From the NCBI GenBank assembly GCA_001179505.1, contig CDMY01000238.1, positions 1 to 64,000 of the forward strand: a stretch of DNA of 64,000 nucleotides, in the 5' to 3' direction. The number at the start of each line of letters is the position of its first letter. Position 1 is the first letter of the stretch. The notes under the pieces are model-generated. The model had not been told where the DNA came from. It worked only from the letters and a program-made list of their open reading frames with translations, and did not search any database. The DNA is from Vitrella brassicaformis CCMP3155. Taxonomy: Eukaryota; Protista; Chromerida. Below are positions 25,415 through 38,890 of the stretch, piece after piece. The position numbers were made by a program, and so were the translations under genes.

Positions 25415-26507
25415 ATCCTGCTCACCTGCACTGATAGAACGAACAGGATCACAAGTGACGTGTGTGCATCAAGGCAGATCGGCTTACCGTCGTCGCTTCC
25501 TCGAGATACCCGCCGTCGGCCGGCGGCAATGGTGCCGGTCAGAGCGTGGCTCGGCCATCCAGCAGGGAGGGCGGGAGCCGTCGGTACCATTGATGAGGGG
25601 CAGCACGGTGCCGTTGATAGCGGGAGACGGGCACGCGCAATCTGGATGAATGCATGGACACACACACACACACAACCCATACACTAATGCCGTGTTGTTC
25701 TCTCCCTCCCCTCCCTCCCTGCCCGTCTTGTTCTGGATGAAGGGAGGGATGCGCACAAAGACACTTATGCGATTGACAGCGAAGCGATCCCACCAATCCA
25801 TCCATCCAGCCACCCATCCAGCCACCCATCCATCCATCCACCTAGTGCTCCTGCTCATTCTTCAACTACATTGGAGACACACAGACAAGCACACATCAAA
25901 CATCACATACTCGCGGTCGGCCTTCCTTGTCTCCTCAACAGGCTCGTGGTGCGTTGCGTTGAACGCAGCACGATCAAAATGCAAGCGGCTAGTGTAAGTC
26001 CACTCACCCTGAGGGTCTGAATGTCTTCTCTGCTGTCGCTGCCGCCTCATCGCTGTCGAAACGAGCACAGCGCCCTTTAATGCGGTGGGCAACCAACGCG
26101 TACAGAGAGAGGAGAGACATACTGAGTGACGCATGGTCATCTGACGCACATACATGATGAGGTCAGCTGACCTTCACAAAACCACACACACACCCACGAC
26201 AGGTCGCATCCGTGCATGCCTTTGTGTGAGTCGATTTGGTCGATTTAGCACATGCAGCAGGTCGTGGCAGTTCCGTTTTGATCTCTTAGAGAACTCACAT
26301 CAGCATCCTGCATATAGAACGGCGCCTCGCAGTAACAGCTGATTTGTGAACACATATGACACCAGACACAACACGTGCAGCTACATGCGACTGATAGTGT
26401 TGCTGCATTCCATCCGCCTCCCACACTGACCTTTGCTGCTCTCGAGATGGCCACCACCTGTGTGCGCATCAGCATCCTCGTGGCGGCCAATGAGCTGCAA
26501 CGTCAGG

Positions 26508-27266
26508 TCAGACACAGACGACTAACCGACTGTAGATGGTGCGTGACTCCGGTTGTCGCGTCCCCTGGTCCTGGGCAGATAAAGAGGGGAACAAACGCGC
26601 TTCTTCGTCGCCATCAGTCGCACCACGCAGCTGCCCCAGGTAAAGCTGATTTGCACAATTGCAATGGATGAATTCTCCTCCCAATTGCAATGGATGATCA
26701 CGGTGCGGGCTGCGGACTGTCACAGAGCCGACAGAGAAGAAACTGGAGGGCATCCACAGACGCCTGCAGGCAGGGAGCACCTCCTCCTCAAGTAGCAGAG
26801 GACGGGAACCATCAGATGCGGGCTGCTGTGTTGTCAGAAGGCAGCGATCGTTGAGTTGAGTGACATTGGGGTGCAGGAGACCCCACAAGAAGCGCCGTCG
26901 ATGGTTGTTGTGCTCAGCCAATCCTGCTATTCCTGGCCAGCTTTCTAATGGTGTATGGCGATCTTTTAATTGGGGAGCTCCTTGTGGGGCTGGCGGAGTG
27001 AAGGAAAGGTCCATTCTCCTCATTCGGAATCCTCCGCACCATCCCCAGTCGGGAGGAGGGGGGAAAGGGGAGAGACGAATGCCCCCGCGCGGATCGACAT
27101 CGACACCCAAGCTGCAGTAGGAACGCACAGCTGCAGAACCCACCCGACACTCTGCCGTCTGTCTGTGTGTTGCCTGTCGCTGTGTGCATATCAGATTGAA
27201 GCTTTGCACTGATGCCAGCGACAAGCCCGCGCCATGCACTGATCTCTTCGCACTGGATGGTTGCAA
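26508..27266 (-). CDS. Possible hypothetical ORF or degraded gene
   Basis: 252-aa ORF with a protein-like middle part; no family recognised. Confidence 0.2.
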   Translation of the reverse strand: MQPSSAKRSVHGAGLSLASVQSFNLICTQRQATHRQTAECRVGSAAVRSYCSLGVDVDPRGGIRLSPFPPPPDWGWCGGFRMRRMDLSFTPPAPQGAPQLKDRHTPLESWPGIAGLAEHNNHRRRFLWGLLHPNVTQLNDRCLLTTQQPASDGSRPLLLEEEVLPACRRLWMPSSFFSVGSVTVRSPHRDHPLQLGGEFIHCNCANQLYLGQLRGATDGDEEARLFPSLSAQDQGTRQPESRTIYSRLVVCV

Positions 27267-29057
27267 TGTCCCACTCGTTCATCCGTTTGTCCATCGTGAG
27301 CAGAAGCATCAGCATCAGCGGGCGGCACCAATCGGTGTGATTCCAGTCGGCGGGGAGAGGGAGCGACAACATTGCGTGAGGCGGCGACAGTCAGCATGTC
27401 TTTGCGAGAGAGGCGGTCGAATGTGGCAGTCGGCTGTCACATGTACTGCACTCATGCTGTGTGTGAGGTGCTCGTCGGCCAGTTTGCACACGAGTGTCGA
27501 GGGTGAGCCGTTGTTCTGCTTCATCCATCGCTGACAGTGTGCTGAGCGTTTTGGCTCAAGTGACTGGCCTATGCACTCGTATGCGTGTACGTGGATGGAC
27601 TCAGATTAGAGTGGCCCTCGATTTATTCATGCACAACGGAGTTGAGTATGAATGGACGCATCGTGGATGTTTCTGTCTGTCAGTGTGTGTCCCCGTCACA
27701 CTCACAAAGGCCTTCACTAAGCGTTCTGCAGAGATAAAAAGTGTATTCGGCTGGTTTTTCTCCCACACTAGGCTGTAGTTGTCTGTGACTGTGCATGTTG
27801 TCCGTGTGTCCAGAAAACCCATCGTGTACAAACAGTCCACTTGACAACACATGCATACGTCGCGTCGATGTTTGCATCACAGACATGTGTGTACCTGGCT
27901 GGGCAGCGATGAATTCACACGGCAGAAACGCAACTGACAACCGGACGTATCGGGAATGCAATTCAGTGATCTGTCCCGCATCCACATCGCATTGCACGTC
28001 CACTGCCAACTGCATTAACGCACGCACGCACTCACACCACCCATGGACACCGCCCACGGCCGTATCGACAGACAGACACAGACATATCGACCAAGGCCAT
28101 TTACAGCGCTCTACACACTCAGATGGCATCTCGCAGTGAAGCTCCTCTTCTCGCTCGTCCCTTCCATTCGTGGACCCCATCTTCTCCACTTGCAGCATCA
28201 TCTCACTGGGGCAGAACACACAGCAGGACGTTGATTCGCGACTCATTACATAATCGGGATGTCCGTTACGTACCGTCTTCGTAACGAACCGCGATCGCCC
28301 ACACCGTCCTTTGCTCCTGCAACCATCCCTGCATCTGTCCTCTGCTGCCGCCCGAGCCATTCTCACCCCTCCAACCATAGCATCGCCGTGACTCCGTGAT
28401 TGTTGTTTCTCCGCCGAGTGCTTTGGCCCTTCTCCCCAGCCTTTCCCCTTCCAATGATGGACACTGACGCTTCCTGCCCCTTCTGCATGAAAGACGATGC
28501 CGCGGACAGCCTGCTGCTTCTCCCAACGCAGCCGATAAGTCCGCACTCTGTTTTCTCTAGCGTGCTGCACCAGATCTGGGTCAGCGCCGTCATCACGAGG
28601 ACCAGAGGAGCAAGAATGAAAACAGAAGACGGCGGACGGTTGCGGCGGTTGGGAAGGAAGGGCGGACAAGTGCGAGCTTCTGTGGAGCCGAGAGGTCGTC
28701 CCTCGTGCTGGGAAGGAGGCGGGGGCGGCGCCGTGAGTGTCGGCGGTGCCGTATCGCGCCAGCCTGTGAAGAGATCTCTCAAAACGAAGGCGGATGGATG
28801 AATGTTTTTTTTAATTTTATTGATTTTATTTTTATTTTGTTTTTTTGGTGGGATGAGCAAACCTATAAAGCGTGGTAGGACATCCCAGAAGTGGAGTGTT
28901 TCTTTCTTTCCGCCGGTACGGTTTTTGTGCCTCGTGTGTGCTTCATCCAGTGACTCAGATCCCGTGTTAGTAATCTTCCACTCGGCGGCACCTGTCGCGC
29001 CTTCATCCCATCGGCCCAGATACGGTAAGTGGGTGTGTTGGAACGTTGAGGGAGGCG

Positions 29058-31510
29058 ATGACGGTGCAGTGGGATCATGAGGCAGCGAGTGACTGTCCCG
29101 ATGGTGCATTATTTCAGGTTCGCCATTCGAGACGAAACGAGGGCCGACCGCCAGCCGCCTGCTGCCTGACGCTGCTGATGCCTCGCCTCGTTCTTGTACT
29201 CATGGCTGTCAGCCACGCACTCGGCGACTCCTGCAGCCAACCATATGGCACAGGTATGCCAAACCTGCGACATGGAAAGGCGCAACCATTCATTGATGTG
29301 TGTGTGTGTGTGTCTGTGTACGCAGACACGTCTGGTGTGCTGAGAGTGAGAGGAGAGGAGATAGACCACGATGCCCGCACGGACGTCCATATGGCCCCGG
29401 GGCATGTGTGCATCGGCAAGTGGCCCACCAACCGACGCAAGCGGATTCACGCCGCTCCTCGCTTGCCGCATCGTCCAGCGGATGCAGCCCACACAACGGT
29501 GTGTTTGTCGTCTGGCCTGGTCACCGCCTTGTTCGCCCTCTTCCAAGCTGCAGTCTACCTCTCTGGAGCGCTCAGTTTCCTCGTCTTTGTGCCCGGCGCG
29601 GTGCTCATCTCAGCCGCACTCGTCAGCAGCACTTGCGGGCGGCCCACGCCGAGCAGACAAGGCCGCAGCACGGCTGGAGACGACCCCTGCACGGCTTTCC
29701 TCGAGTGCATCTTCGGCGGCTGTGTCAAGGCGGCACACGTGGTCGCCCGTGCGACCGCCCGACTCCTCCACCCTCTCGCATGCGGCGCGTTTCCGCACTG
29801 TGAGCTTCTCCCACATGTCATCCTGTGGTCGCCGGTGCTCATGACCGCTGCCTCAGCCGCCGTGCAATGCTGCCGCATCACGGGCAACCTCCTCAACTGC
29901 ACTTGGTCATTCTCGTGGGTCTCGCTTCCCATGGCCGCCGTGTGCGTGACTTTGGGGTGCATGGCGGGGTGCGGCGGAAGCAGGGGTGCCCGGACGGTCC
30001 CTCAGAGTCTGGTATGTGTTACCCGTGCGGGGTTGGCTGCGCTCTGGGGGTCGGGCTGGCGTGTGTTGGAGCGCCTCATGGTTTTCTTCGCCTGCGTCTG
30101 CCCGACCGATTTCCTTCGCCTGAAGATAAAGCGTAAGTTGAAAACACGCGACTTGGCTGCCTTCTGTGCATTGCTTCTTCCATTGTGTGGACATGTAGGA
30201 ACTAAGTCGCCTTGTTGGACGAGCGTCGCGCGGCAGGTCGTCGGTGCCGTCTTCAGCACCGTCGCCCGCATTTTCATCCTTTGTCTCTGTGGTGCCGAGG
30301 CAGCCCCCCTGGCCTCAGGCTTCTACCGCGAGCTGGCTGGCCTCCCGGCCTCTGTCTACGGCCTCGCCGGGCTGCTCGTCATGGGCTCGGCATTCTGCCT
30401 ACTGATGCACCATGGGGGCGAAGGTGGAGGTCAGTCGGCCAGCGGCAGCCCCACCAGTGGCCCGTCGCACCAGCGGCAGGGAGGCGGAGCAGGACATGAG
30501 TGCGGCGGTGGGAACGGCTCGCAGCCAGATGGCGAGGGTGACGATGCCGGCGAGGGGGGCGGCGACCAAGACGGTGGGCGAGACCCCCGCCGCCGTTCGA
30601 CAGCTCCTCGCCGTCCCCCGCGCACGGGTGGGTGCCGAATGCACACATCGTATCGATTGATACCTCTCTGTCTGTGTGTGCCTCTCTGTCAGCCGTGTGG
30701 ATTTGGGTGAAAGCAGTGGACGAGGCTGAGGTCTTCTCCAAGGCCGAAGCGGCCAAGATCGTCACTCGTCGAGTGTCCCCCAACCTGGTGCAGGAACAGC
30801 CGCCATGGCCCAACTGCGTCTGCGTCGAGATGGACGGTCAGCTGAAACACACACACACACACACGCAGGCAATTCAGCGCATTGTTTCCCCGCTCGTGTC
30901 TTCTCAGGTACGACGCCTTCGGTCGTTTCTGAGCTGCTCAGCATTCACCCACCCCTGTGTTTTCGATTCGTCGACGATATGGACGGTGCGCCGCAGACAA
31001 ACGTCACTCATACGGGAGAGTCGTACATGTACTGTATATGTGTCGTTCGTTGGTCTGTGCTTCAGGTTTCGGTCTACCCAATGGTCCCGGCGGGCAGCCA
31101 CTGCAAGACAACACGGACACACCAGCAGGTGACTCATGCTGGCACATGCGTACTCGTGAAGCCATCTCATGCGCGCCTCTTCGTGCCTGCCGTCTCCCAG
31201 ACGATGATGGTGAGCTCCCGCAGTGGCCATATCCGTATGCGCATCCCGGCATGAAGGGTAGGTGTAGGACACAAGACCCACCCCATTTCATTCTTGTCCG
31301 TGTCCGTCTCCTCTGTGTCAGTGGATGATGACGCGACCAACGCTGTCCATCCCCAGATGACAGGTCATACTTGTCAACACCAGAGTCATGCAGGGCCGCT
31401 GCAGTCAACAAAGCTGATTCTTTTGGGTGTGCTGCTGTTCAGGTGGCCAAGCAATGCCATTGATGAACCTGCCTCCTGCTGCGAATGCGTTTCCGCCCTC
31501 AAGCGACGGT
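29058..31510 (+). CDS. Putative multi-pass membrane protein with a Gly/Pro-rich tail (may continue into the HTH exons at 31.8-33.4 kb)
   Basis: The 554-aa ORF has about 5 hydrophobic segments (e.g. LVTALFALFQAAVYLSGALSFLVFV; WSFSWVSLPMAAVCVTLG; LAGLLVMGSAFCLLM). It is followed by a chain of phase-1 small exons. Confidence 0.55.
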
Positions 31511-31796
31511 GTGCTGTCTGAGCCTTCCACCTCATTCACTCACGGGCAAACATTCCTTTCCCTTCACTGATTCAGGCGGCCCTACATCCATGCACCGACA
31601 AGAGGTGAACGCCGGACAGTGAAGGTGATTCAGTCTGCACCCATTCCTTATGTGTGAATCAGGGACGCAAGAGGGGCCGTGATCGATCGCACCCTTACTC
31701 ACCCACTGGACTCCAATCGCATGCACCGGGTCAGCTGGTCGGCGCACTCCATAGACGGATTGTGAGTACTTCTTGCGGTTCATTGACCTGAACAGG

Positions 31797-33382
31797 TCTA
31801 GATCCACTGACCGCGGCCCTGTCGACAGCGGAGGGATGGCGGGCCGCCTGCAAGAGCCCCACCGAGGAGTTCTCCGTCGACGGCTGCATCAACTACGAGC
31901 CCTACAAGGAGGGCACGCCTGTGCTCTCTGGCGTGAGTATCCGCTTGCGCCTCGACAACTTCCCTTCAGGCCCTGTCGTCTGGACGCCGTGGGTGCCGTC
32001 CACCACCGACCAGCACAAGCTCGACGCGGATGCCAAGAACAAGAACAGCAGGTTTTCCCTTGGGCACAGGTGGAGGTTCCCGACGTTCGGTCGGTGGGCC
32101 GGTGGTTCTGACACTGCCAACTACGAGAGGGATGGGGGGAGGCTGCCCACGCTGGGTGGGAGGTCCTACGTCCCGTCTCCCGTCCGCTACAAGGAGAAGG
32201 ACGTCTTCCTCTGCACACATCACGCGGACGATGGGGACGCCCCGTGCAACGTGCTCTGCCAAGACATCTCTGCGCACAGCAAACCCCACGACCTCGAGAA
32301 GGAGATGCGGCGGTGGATGGCACAGCATCCTCCCCCCATGAGCATCTCTGCACAAGACGTCAGCGCCAAGCTGGTAGAGGTGGCCAGTCGGCTCAACATG
32401 CGTAGATTCAATGTCAGCAAGTGGATTAATGCCTTCATGCAACGGTGGCAGCAGGTGCGATGGAGCAAACACAGGGAGGGAAGGCCGTCCATATGGATTT
32501 ATGGCTGTCCATGCGAAGTGTCTCGTCTCTGCAGGCTTCCCACAGTCCAGCAGATGCACCAGCTGCTGCAGCGGCTGCAGCCGCTTCCCCCAATGGCCAC
32601 CACATGACTCCAGGTAAGAGCACCAGACGAGCACCAGACGAACCAGACTGCTTCAATGTGACCGCCTCATCTTTCCTTCCATCAGGTGTTGACTTTGCGC
32701 ACCATGTCAAGGGGGTGGTCGACTCAGACCCGCTCAACAACCAGGGGCTCCGCGTATGCCGTGACGCCAGCAGTGGAGCTGTTTTCATCCGTGTGGTGGG
32801 AGAACCATTTGAGGTTGAGCAACTGTTTCCTGTCGGCCCTGAGCCGCTCGCGCCGACGATCATACGCGCAAGGCAGCACCGAGATAGCAACACCGGTGAG
32901 CCCTCATGCTCACGCACTCCGTCGACGAGAATCTCTTGTGCATAAGTGTGTGTGGCTTCGTCATCAGTGTGCCAGAGCGAGCCACCGTCCACTTCGTTGA
33001 GCGCCCCCACGCCCATCTCCATGTTTCCCTCGAGCACCGGTGCGTCGGCAGCACACCAAGCATCGCTTTCATACGCATCAGGTCAGGCACATCATACGCA
33101 TCACTGTGCCAATCCTTAAGCCAATACCTTACCTGTCTGCCTGTCTGTCTGTCTGTCTGCTCGTCTTCGGTGCAGGGCAGCAACTCGACCAACCCAATGG
33201 GGTAAGACAGAGCCCAGGCTGGTCACGGCAAACATGACATGCGTTGTCTCTTCTTGTGCTCCTCACTTCTTCCTCAGGAAACCGTGGCTGACATGGCACC
33301 CGCCGGACCTCCTCCCCCCGAGGACGCGGACTGTGAGAAGGTCCTCTTTGGTGATGGTGGGGCAGCTGGGCGTGGGCGTTAA
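31797..33382 (+). CDS. Exons encoding a CENP-B/Tc5-transposase-type HTH DNA-binding domain plus low-complexity tail; no DDE domain
   Basis: KPHDLEKEMRRWMAQHPPPMSISAQDVSAKLVEVASRLNMRRFNVSKWINAFMQRWQQ fits the HTH_Tnp_Tc5 pattern (LE..L..W..A..IA..L...F..S..W...F..R). The intron after the domain is at the same position as in the 38.9-kb gene. Confidence 0.65.
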
Positions 33383-34609
33383 GGGGAGGGAGAGGGGTGA
33401 GAGGGGTGCTTTCAAAAATGCTGCTTTTCCAAAATCCATGATTTTTGTGAGTAAATGGATGTATCATAGTTTTTTTCCCGACGTACACGTGTCGGACCTC
33501 CCGGTCGAGGCGATGCTGGGTGTGGTGGCGGGCGTGGTGCGGTCGTGGGGACGCGGGGGCTACGGGGTGCCGGCCTCGGCAACCCACGTGTTGCGTAAAA
33601 AATGTGACATACATGTAATGACGCGCATGGCTAGCTGGGTGTTCATGGTGTGCTGACGGTGCGTTTTTCGCCGTCGACCAACGAGCGCACCTCGCGCACC
33701 TCACATCGCAAGCTCAGCCGAAACGAGGGGGGGTTGATGGTGAGAGAGAAAGAGAGAAGGGACGGGGCACAGAAGACAGCAAAGAGGGAGGCAGGGCCGC
33801 CTGAAGGAAGCGTGTATGGGCGAGAAAGGAAGACACAAGGGGGGAGAGGGTGCTGTTGTGTCTCGTGGGTACGTCTGCATGCTGTGTGTGTATGTTCGTG
33901 CTGCTGCGCTGTGCTGATGTCTTGTGAGTCTCTTTGGCTCACCACTTGCTACTTATCTTTGCTCACTGACGTCTGCCTTTTATCCTGTCCGTCTGGAATA
34001 TCCGCTCACTGACACCGAGGGAGGGTAGAGGCCACCGAGAGAGAGAGAGAGATGCACGGATTGACGACCCACCACTCATCCTGCATCTGATGTCTGCCTG
34101 TGTACCACCATTCCTGTGCTCAGGCATTGACACTGAGAGAGGGTAGAAGACGGAGAGAGAGAGAGAGAGAGAGGGTGGGTGTCACTCGGCTTCATCTGTG
34201 GAAGCTCCTGACATGCATACGTACATACACACATACTCACACAGACACACACACTATCTCTCTCCGTGCATACATACATACCATACCTGCCTTGTATCAC
34301 TGACTGACTGACTGACTGACTACTTCACCGCCCTCGTCCATGCGCTTTTGTCTTCGTACATGCATACATACACACACGGCTGTCTGCAATACAGCGTACA
34401 TTCCATGTGTCCCTATCTCTCGTGCATCCATACCATACCGTACCACATAGCCATAGCATTTCATGCCATCCCATGCCATGCCATGCCATGTATCACTGTC
34501 TCACTACTGGCTGACTCACTGACTGACTGACTGCCTCCCAGCCTTCATCCATGTGAGCCACTCACAGTCGCGCTTCTATGCTCTGACATACATACATACA
34601 TACGCACCT

Positions 34610-37600
34610 GGTCAGCGGAGCATGTCTATGTGTGATGTCGGGTGTTCTATTTCCCCCGCCCCGCCCCCTGCCTAGCTGCCTACATGCTCGACTAGCTCTA
34701 CTATGCTCTTACTGACTGGTGCACTCGTTGCGTAAGACTGAACTGGCCGTTTCTTATTTGTACCCTACTCCCACATACTTACTCATGTTGCGTGCTTGCT
34801 TCCATGACCTGTCAACACCACAACCGACGACCGACCCCTGTATTTGTTCTCTGATGGGGGCGGCGAGCGGCTCGTGGTGGGTCTCACCGGTGTTGCATGC
34901 TATGCACTTGTGCTACTAGCTCTCTTGCATACTAAGGTACGTGGCCACTCGGACAATGTAGAGTTCTCGGCAATCGATCCTTGTTCGTGTGAGTGAATGT
35001 GTATGCCTCGATTTTGCTGTTGTGTAACCGAGGGACCGATGGACGGTGGTCGGTCGCTCATAAGCGAGTTGACACGTGAACGTCGGAGCATGTGTGCGTG
35101 TCGTGTGCATGTGACGTGCCCCCTGCCTTTCACAATACATGATGATGGTGATACACATGCATCACGGGAGGGCCACACATGGGTGATCTGTACCATACAC
35201 ACACAGGGATGGGTCGGGTATGGTGTTCGTTCCTTCCAGTGTAAGTCCTCACGCTATTCTCTCTTCAGTAGGTCGTTACTGACTACGCGCAACTCGCCTT
35301 CATTCCACCTCCCAGCAACGTGCAACGGTTCTCTGCAGCAGTACGACCATCGCCATACACACCCATACGTACATACACATCTGGATCGTCTGGGTCAGCG
35401 GAGCATATCTATGTGTGTTGCAGTGCCATGTTCCCCCCGCCTAGCTGCCTACATGCTCGACTAGCTCCATGTGCGTAAGGGGGCTCGCTCAGGGCCTGAC
35501 ATGTAGTGAAATGGCCCCTCGTGGTTGTGATGCATACCGCGCGTCGTGTGTAGGTGTGTGTCTTCGACTGCTCGGTGGACAGCCGCAGCAGCAGCGAGTT
35601 TTGGCTGTTTGTTTCGATGTAGGAATCAGGGCCCTCTTATCGCTCATGATTCCTCCTACGCATACCATGGTTCCATGCTTTGCGGCAGGTACTGGGGCTC
35701 CTGGGATTGTAGTCATGATGATATCACTCCTCACCGATCTAGCCTTGACTTCATCTAGTCTTGACGTCTCACCCTTTCACCCATAGGCCACGTTTTCCCT
35801 GTCTTGGCTGCGACTTTCGTCGTGTCTACGTGTCTGTCAGTGGCCGATGTCTTGGCTCCTTGGTGTGCTACTGGGAGCCAGAGGGTGTGCACCTGCAGGT
35901 GCAACCACTCATGAGACATATACGCCCGTATCCCCATTTTGTGGGCGAGATACTGATATCAGTGCGGTCGTACGTGTTTTCTACGTGAGAGCGCGTGAGT
36001 GAGAGAGTGAGCGAGTGAGTGAGTGAGTGAAAGGAAGCAACGACATACACTTCCATGGGCTGCCTCCTTTCTGATTGCTGCCTGATGCACACTTGCCCTT
36101 ACTTTCTTTCTCGTATGCGTTTCTCTGTGTGTGTGTGGATGCCGGCGGCAATGGGGAGCTCCCCACACTCTGACCCGCCAGTGATGTGAGTGATGACTCC
36201 CTTCCGAGAGGCACGCATGGGATGGGTCCTTTTACACACGGATGCGAAGCTCATGTCACACGTATACTCGGCTGACAGGGGCTGCCTTGCTCATTCCCCT
36301 GTGTGTCCATGCTTGTACGAATGCAGGGCAGCCATCGTCCACAGATGCGCACTGACCGAGATAGATGCCTGCGGACACTCACTCACCTCCGTACGTGTAC
36401 ACCTAGACAGATACGCCTGCATACATACATGTGCATGATATGACTATGTGGGTGCGTGTCGTATCTATGTGAGTCAATGTGCATGCATTTAGCTGTGTAT
36501 TCCTGAATGACGGATGGACGGGCTTTTTATCACGTCGGAGCATATGTGCGTGTCGTGTGCATGTGACGTGCCCCCTGCCTTTCACAATACATGATGATGG
36601 TGATACACATGCATCACGGGAGGGCCACACATGGGTGATCTGTACCATACACACACAGGGATGGGTCGGGTATGGTGTTCGTTCCTTCCAGTGCAAGTCT
36701 TCACGCTATTCTCTCTTCAGTAGGTCGTTACTGACTACGCGCAACTCGCCTTCATTCCACCTCGTAGCACAGACAGACAGACAGACACGTGCAACGGTTC
36801 TCTGCAGCAGTACGACCATCGCCGCACACTCACACACATACGTACATACATATCTGGATCGTCTGGGTCAGCGGAGCATATCTTTGTGTGTTGCGGTGCC
36901 ATGTTCCCCCCGCCTAGCTGCCTACATGCTCGACTAGCTCCATGTGCGTAAGGGGGCTCGCTCAGGGCCTGACATGTAGTGAAATGGCTTCTCCTCTGGT
37001 GGCTTCGGTGGTGGTGTTGGTGACATTACCATAGCACCACACACTTACTCATGTTGCGTGCTTGAATTTGAGGCCTTTGCACACCATAACTGACGGCCGA
37101 CCTGTTTATTCGTGTCTGGTGCTGAGGAGAGAGAGAAAGCAGCACAGTGCGTGTCTCATCTGTGGTGCGTGCTCTGCATGTCTGCTTGCTCCCTGGGACA
37201 CTTGCATGCCTCCGTACAATCGATCGTCGTGTGTGTGTGTGTCTTCGACTGCGCGGCGGAAGAGAGTTCTGGCCGTTTTCCCCTGATGCAGGAGTCAAGA
37301 GAGGGATGGAGAGGCAGGGCTGCCCTCTTATCGCTCATGAGTGCTCATGGTATTTATCAATGTTTTCATGCTTGACGGCCAGAGGCTGGGGCCTCTTAAC
37401 ACACACGCAGTCTAGTCTTGACGTCATCTAGTCTTGATCGCTCACCTTTCCATTCACACGCCACAACTGCCTGTCTTGGCTGCTTTTTTTGTCGTGTCCT
37501 CATGTCCGTGAGTGGTCGGTGTTTTTCCTTCTTGGCGTGCCTCCCTCAGCGCTCATGCGTAAGTGTGTGTTGAAGTGAGAGAGCACGTGCATGAGTGAGA

Positions 37601-38150
37601 CACCCCGGCCGGAGCAAGGGGGTGTACTCGTCAGATGCAACCACTGGTGAGACATATGCCCCCATATCCCCATTTTGTATGCGAGATATCAGTTCGTTCG
37701 TACGTGTTTTCTACGTGGGAGTGCGCGAGTGTGAGAGCGACGATTCACACACATTGGGCTGACTTGTGCTTCCTGCGTATGCCGAACTGTGCGCCATACA
37801 TATCATTGACATGTACATTTTCATGGGCTGCCTCCCATCTGATTGCTGCCTGATGTACATGTGCCCTGTACTCTCTCTCCCTACCTCTGTCTGTGTGCCG
37901 TGTTAGGGAGAGATGAGTACAGGGGGATTCCCCACTCTGATGATTCCCTTCCGGTTGTGAGTTTTTTCACGGATGGGGAGCTCATGCTCGATTGACAAGG
38001 GTTGCCTTGCTCTGATGCCAGTGCAGGGCAGCCCTCGTCCGCACATTCGCACATGCATCCGTGCGCGTGTGGCCACACACGTACCAGAAAGATACGCTTG
38101 CATACATACATGTGTATGATATGACCATGTGGGTGCGTGTATGTCTGTGG
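34610..38150. repeat. Degenerate tandem repeat, unit ~1.45 kb (about 2.3 copies), gene-poor
   Basis: 35085-35500 is nearly identical to 36537-36990. The block cccccgcctagctgcctacatgctcgactagctc occurs at ~34665, ~35435 and ~36908. The rest of each unit is diverged. Confidence 0.85.
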
Positions 38151-38890
38151 TATGACTATGTGAGCGCCAATGCGTATGGTTGTGTCCACTCTCTTCCTTG
38201 CACGTGTCCACGCTGCATCTGTCCGTGCATGTTATGTGATCATGGATGTATGTTTGTGTGTCTTGTGTGAGTCTTGTGTGTATGGGCCTACATCTCACGC
38301 GAGAGAGAGACTACATGTATGCATACCTATCTACATACATCTATCTTCATTCACTCATTCATTCATTCATTCATTCATTCATTCACACATACATCGGAGG
38401 GGTCTACGCTTGTCTTAAGGCAGCTGCAGCTGGTCGGCTCTCACCGTGCTTCGCTGGTGTTTGATTTGTGATTGTTGCACACCCACATGCACACTCGGGA
38501 TGCTTGGAAGACACTTTGAAAGATTCACATGCATACTCGAGTCAATGAACGTGCCTTTCTCTCAGTGATTCAGTGAACCATCATGGTGTCCTCACGATGA
38601 TGCTATCACGAAAATGAGCAACATTCGTTCATTGGTTTGCAAAGAGTAATCACACTGGCGATCGGCCAACCCTAAGGCGAGGGTTTCGCATCGCTTGTCG
38701 TTCCGGACAAAGCCCGGCAGTACGCAGCCGGTGCGATAGCTGCAGGTGAGCTCAAACACAGTGCAGATCTTGGTCATTATGCGCTGAATCTGTGGTTTTG
38801 CAGGATGCTTGATGAGTGATTCGGGCGGTGCTTCCTCCGGCCACGATTGATTCACATCCCCACGCGGCCGCTCGTTCGTCTGGTCCGGTC

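Noticed and set aside
28795-28850. T-rich tract as a retroposon poly(A) tail
   Set aside because: The tract is interrupted and I saw no target-site duplication or element body; an AT-rich promoter region upstream of the 29-kb gene is more plausible.
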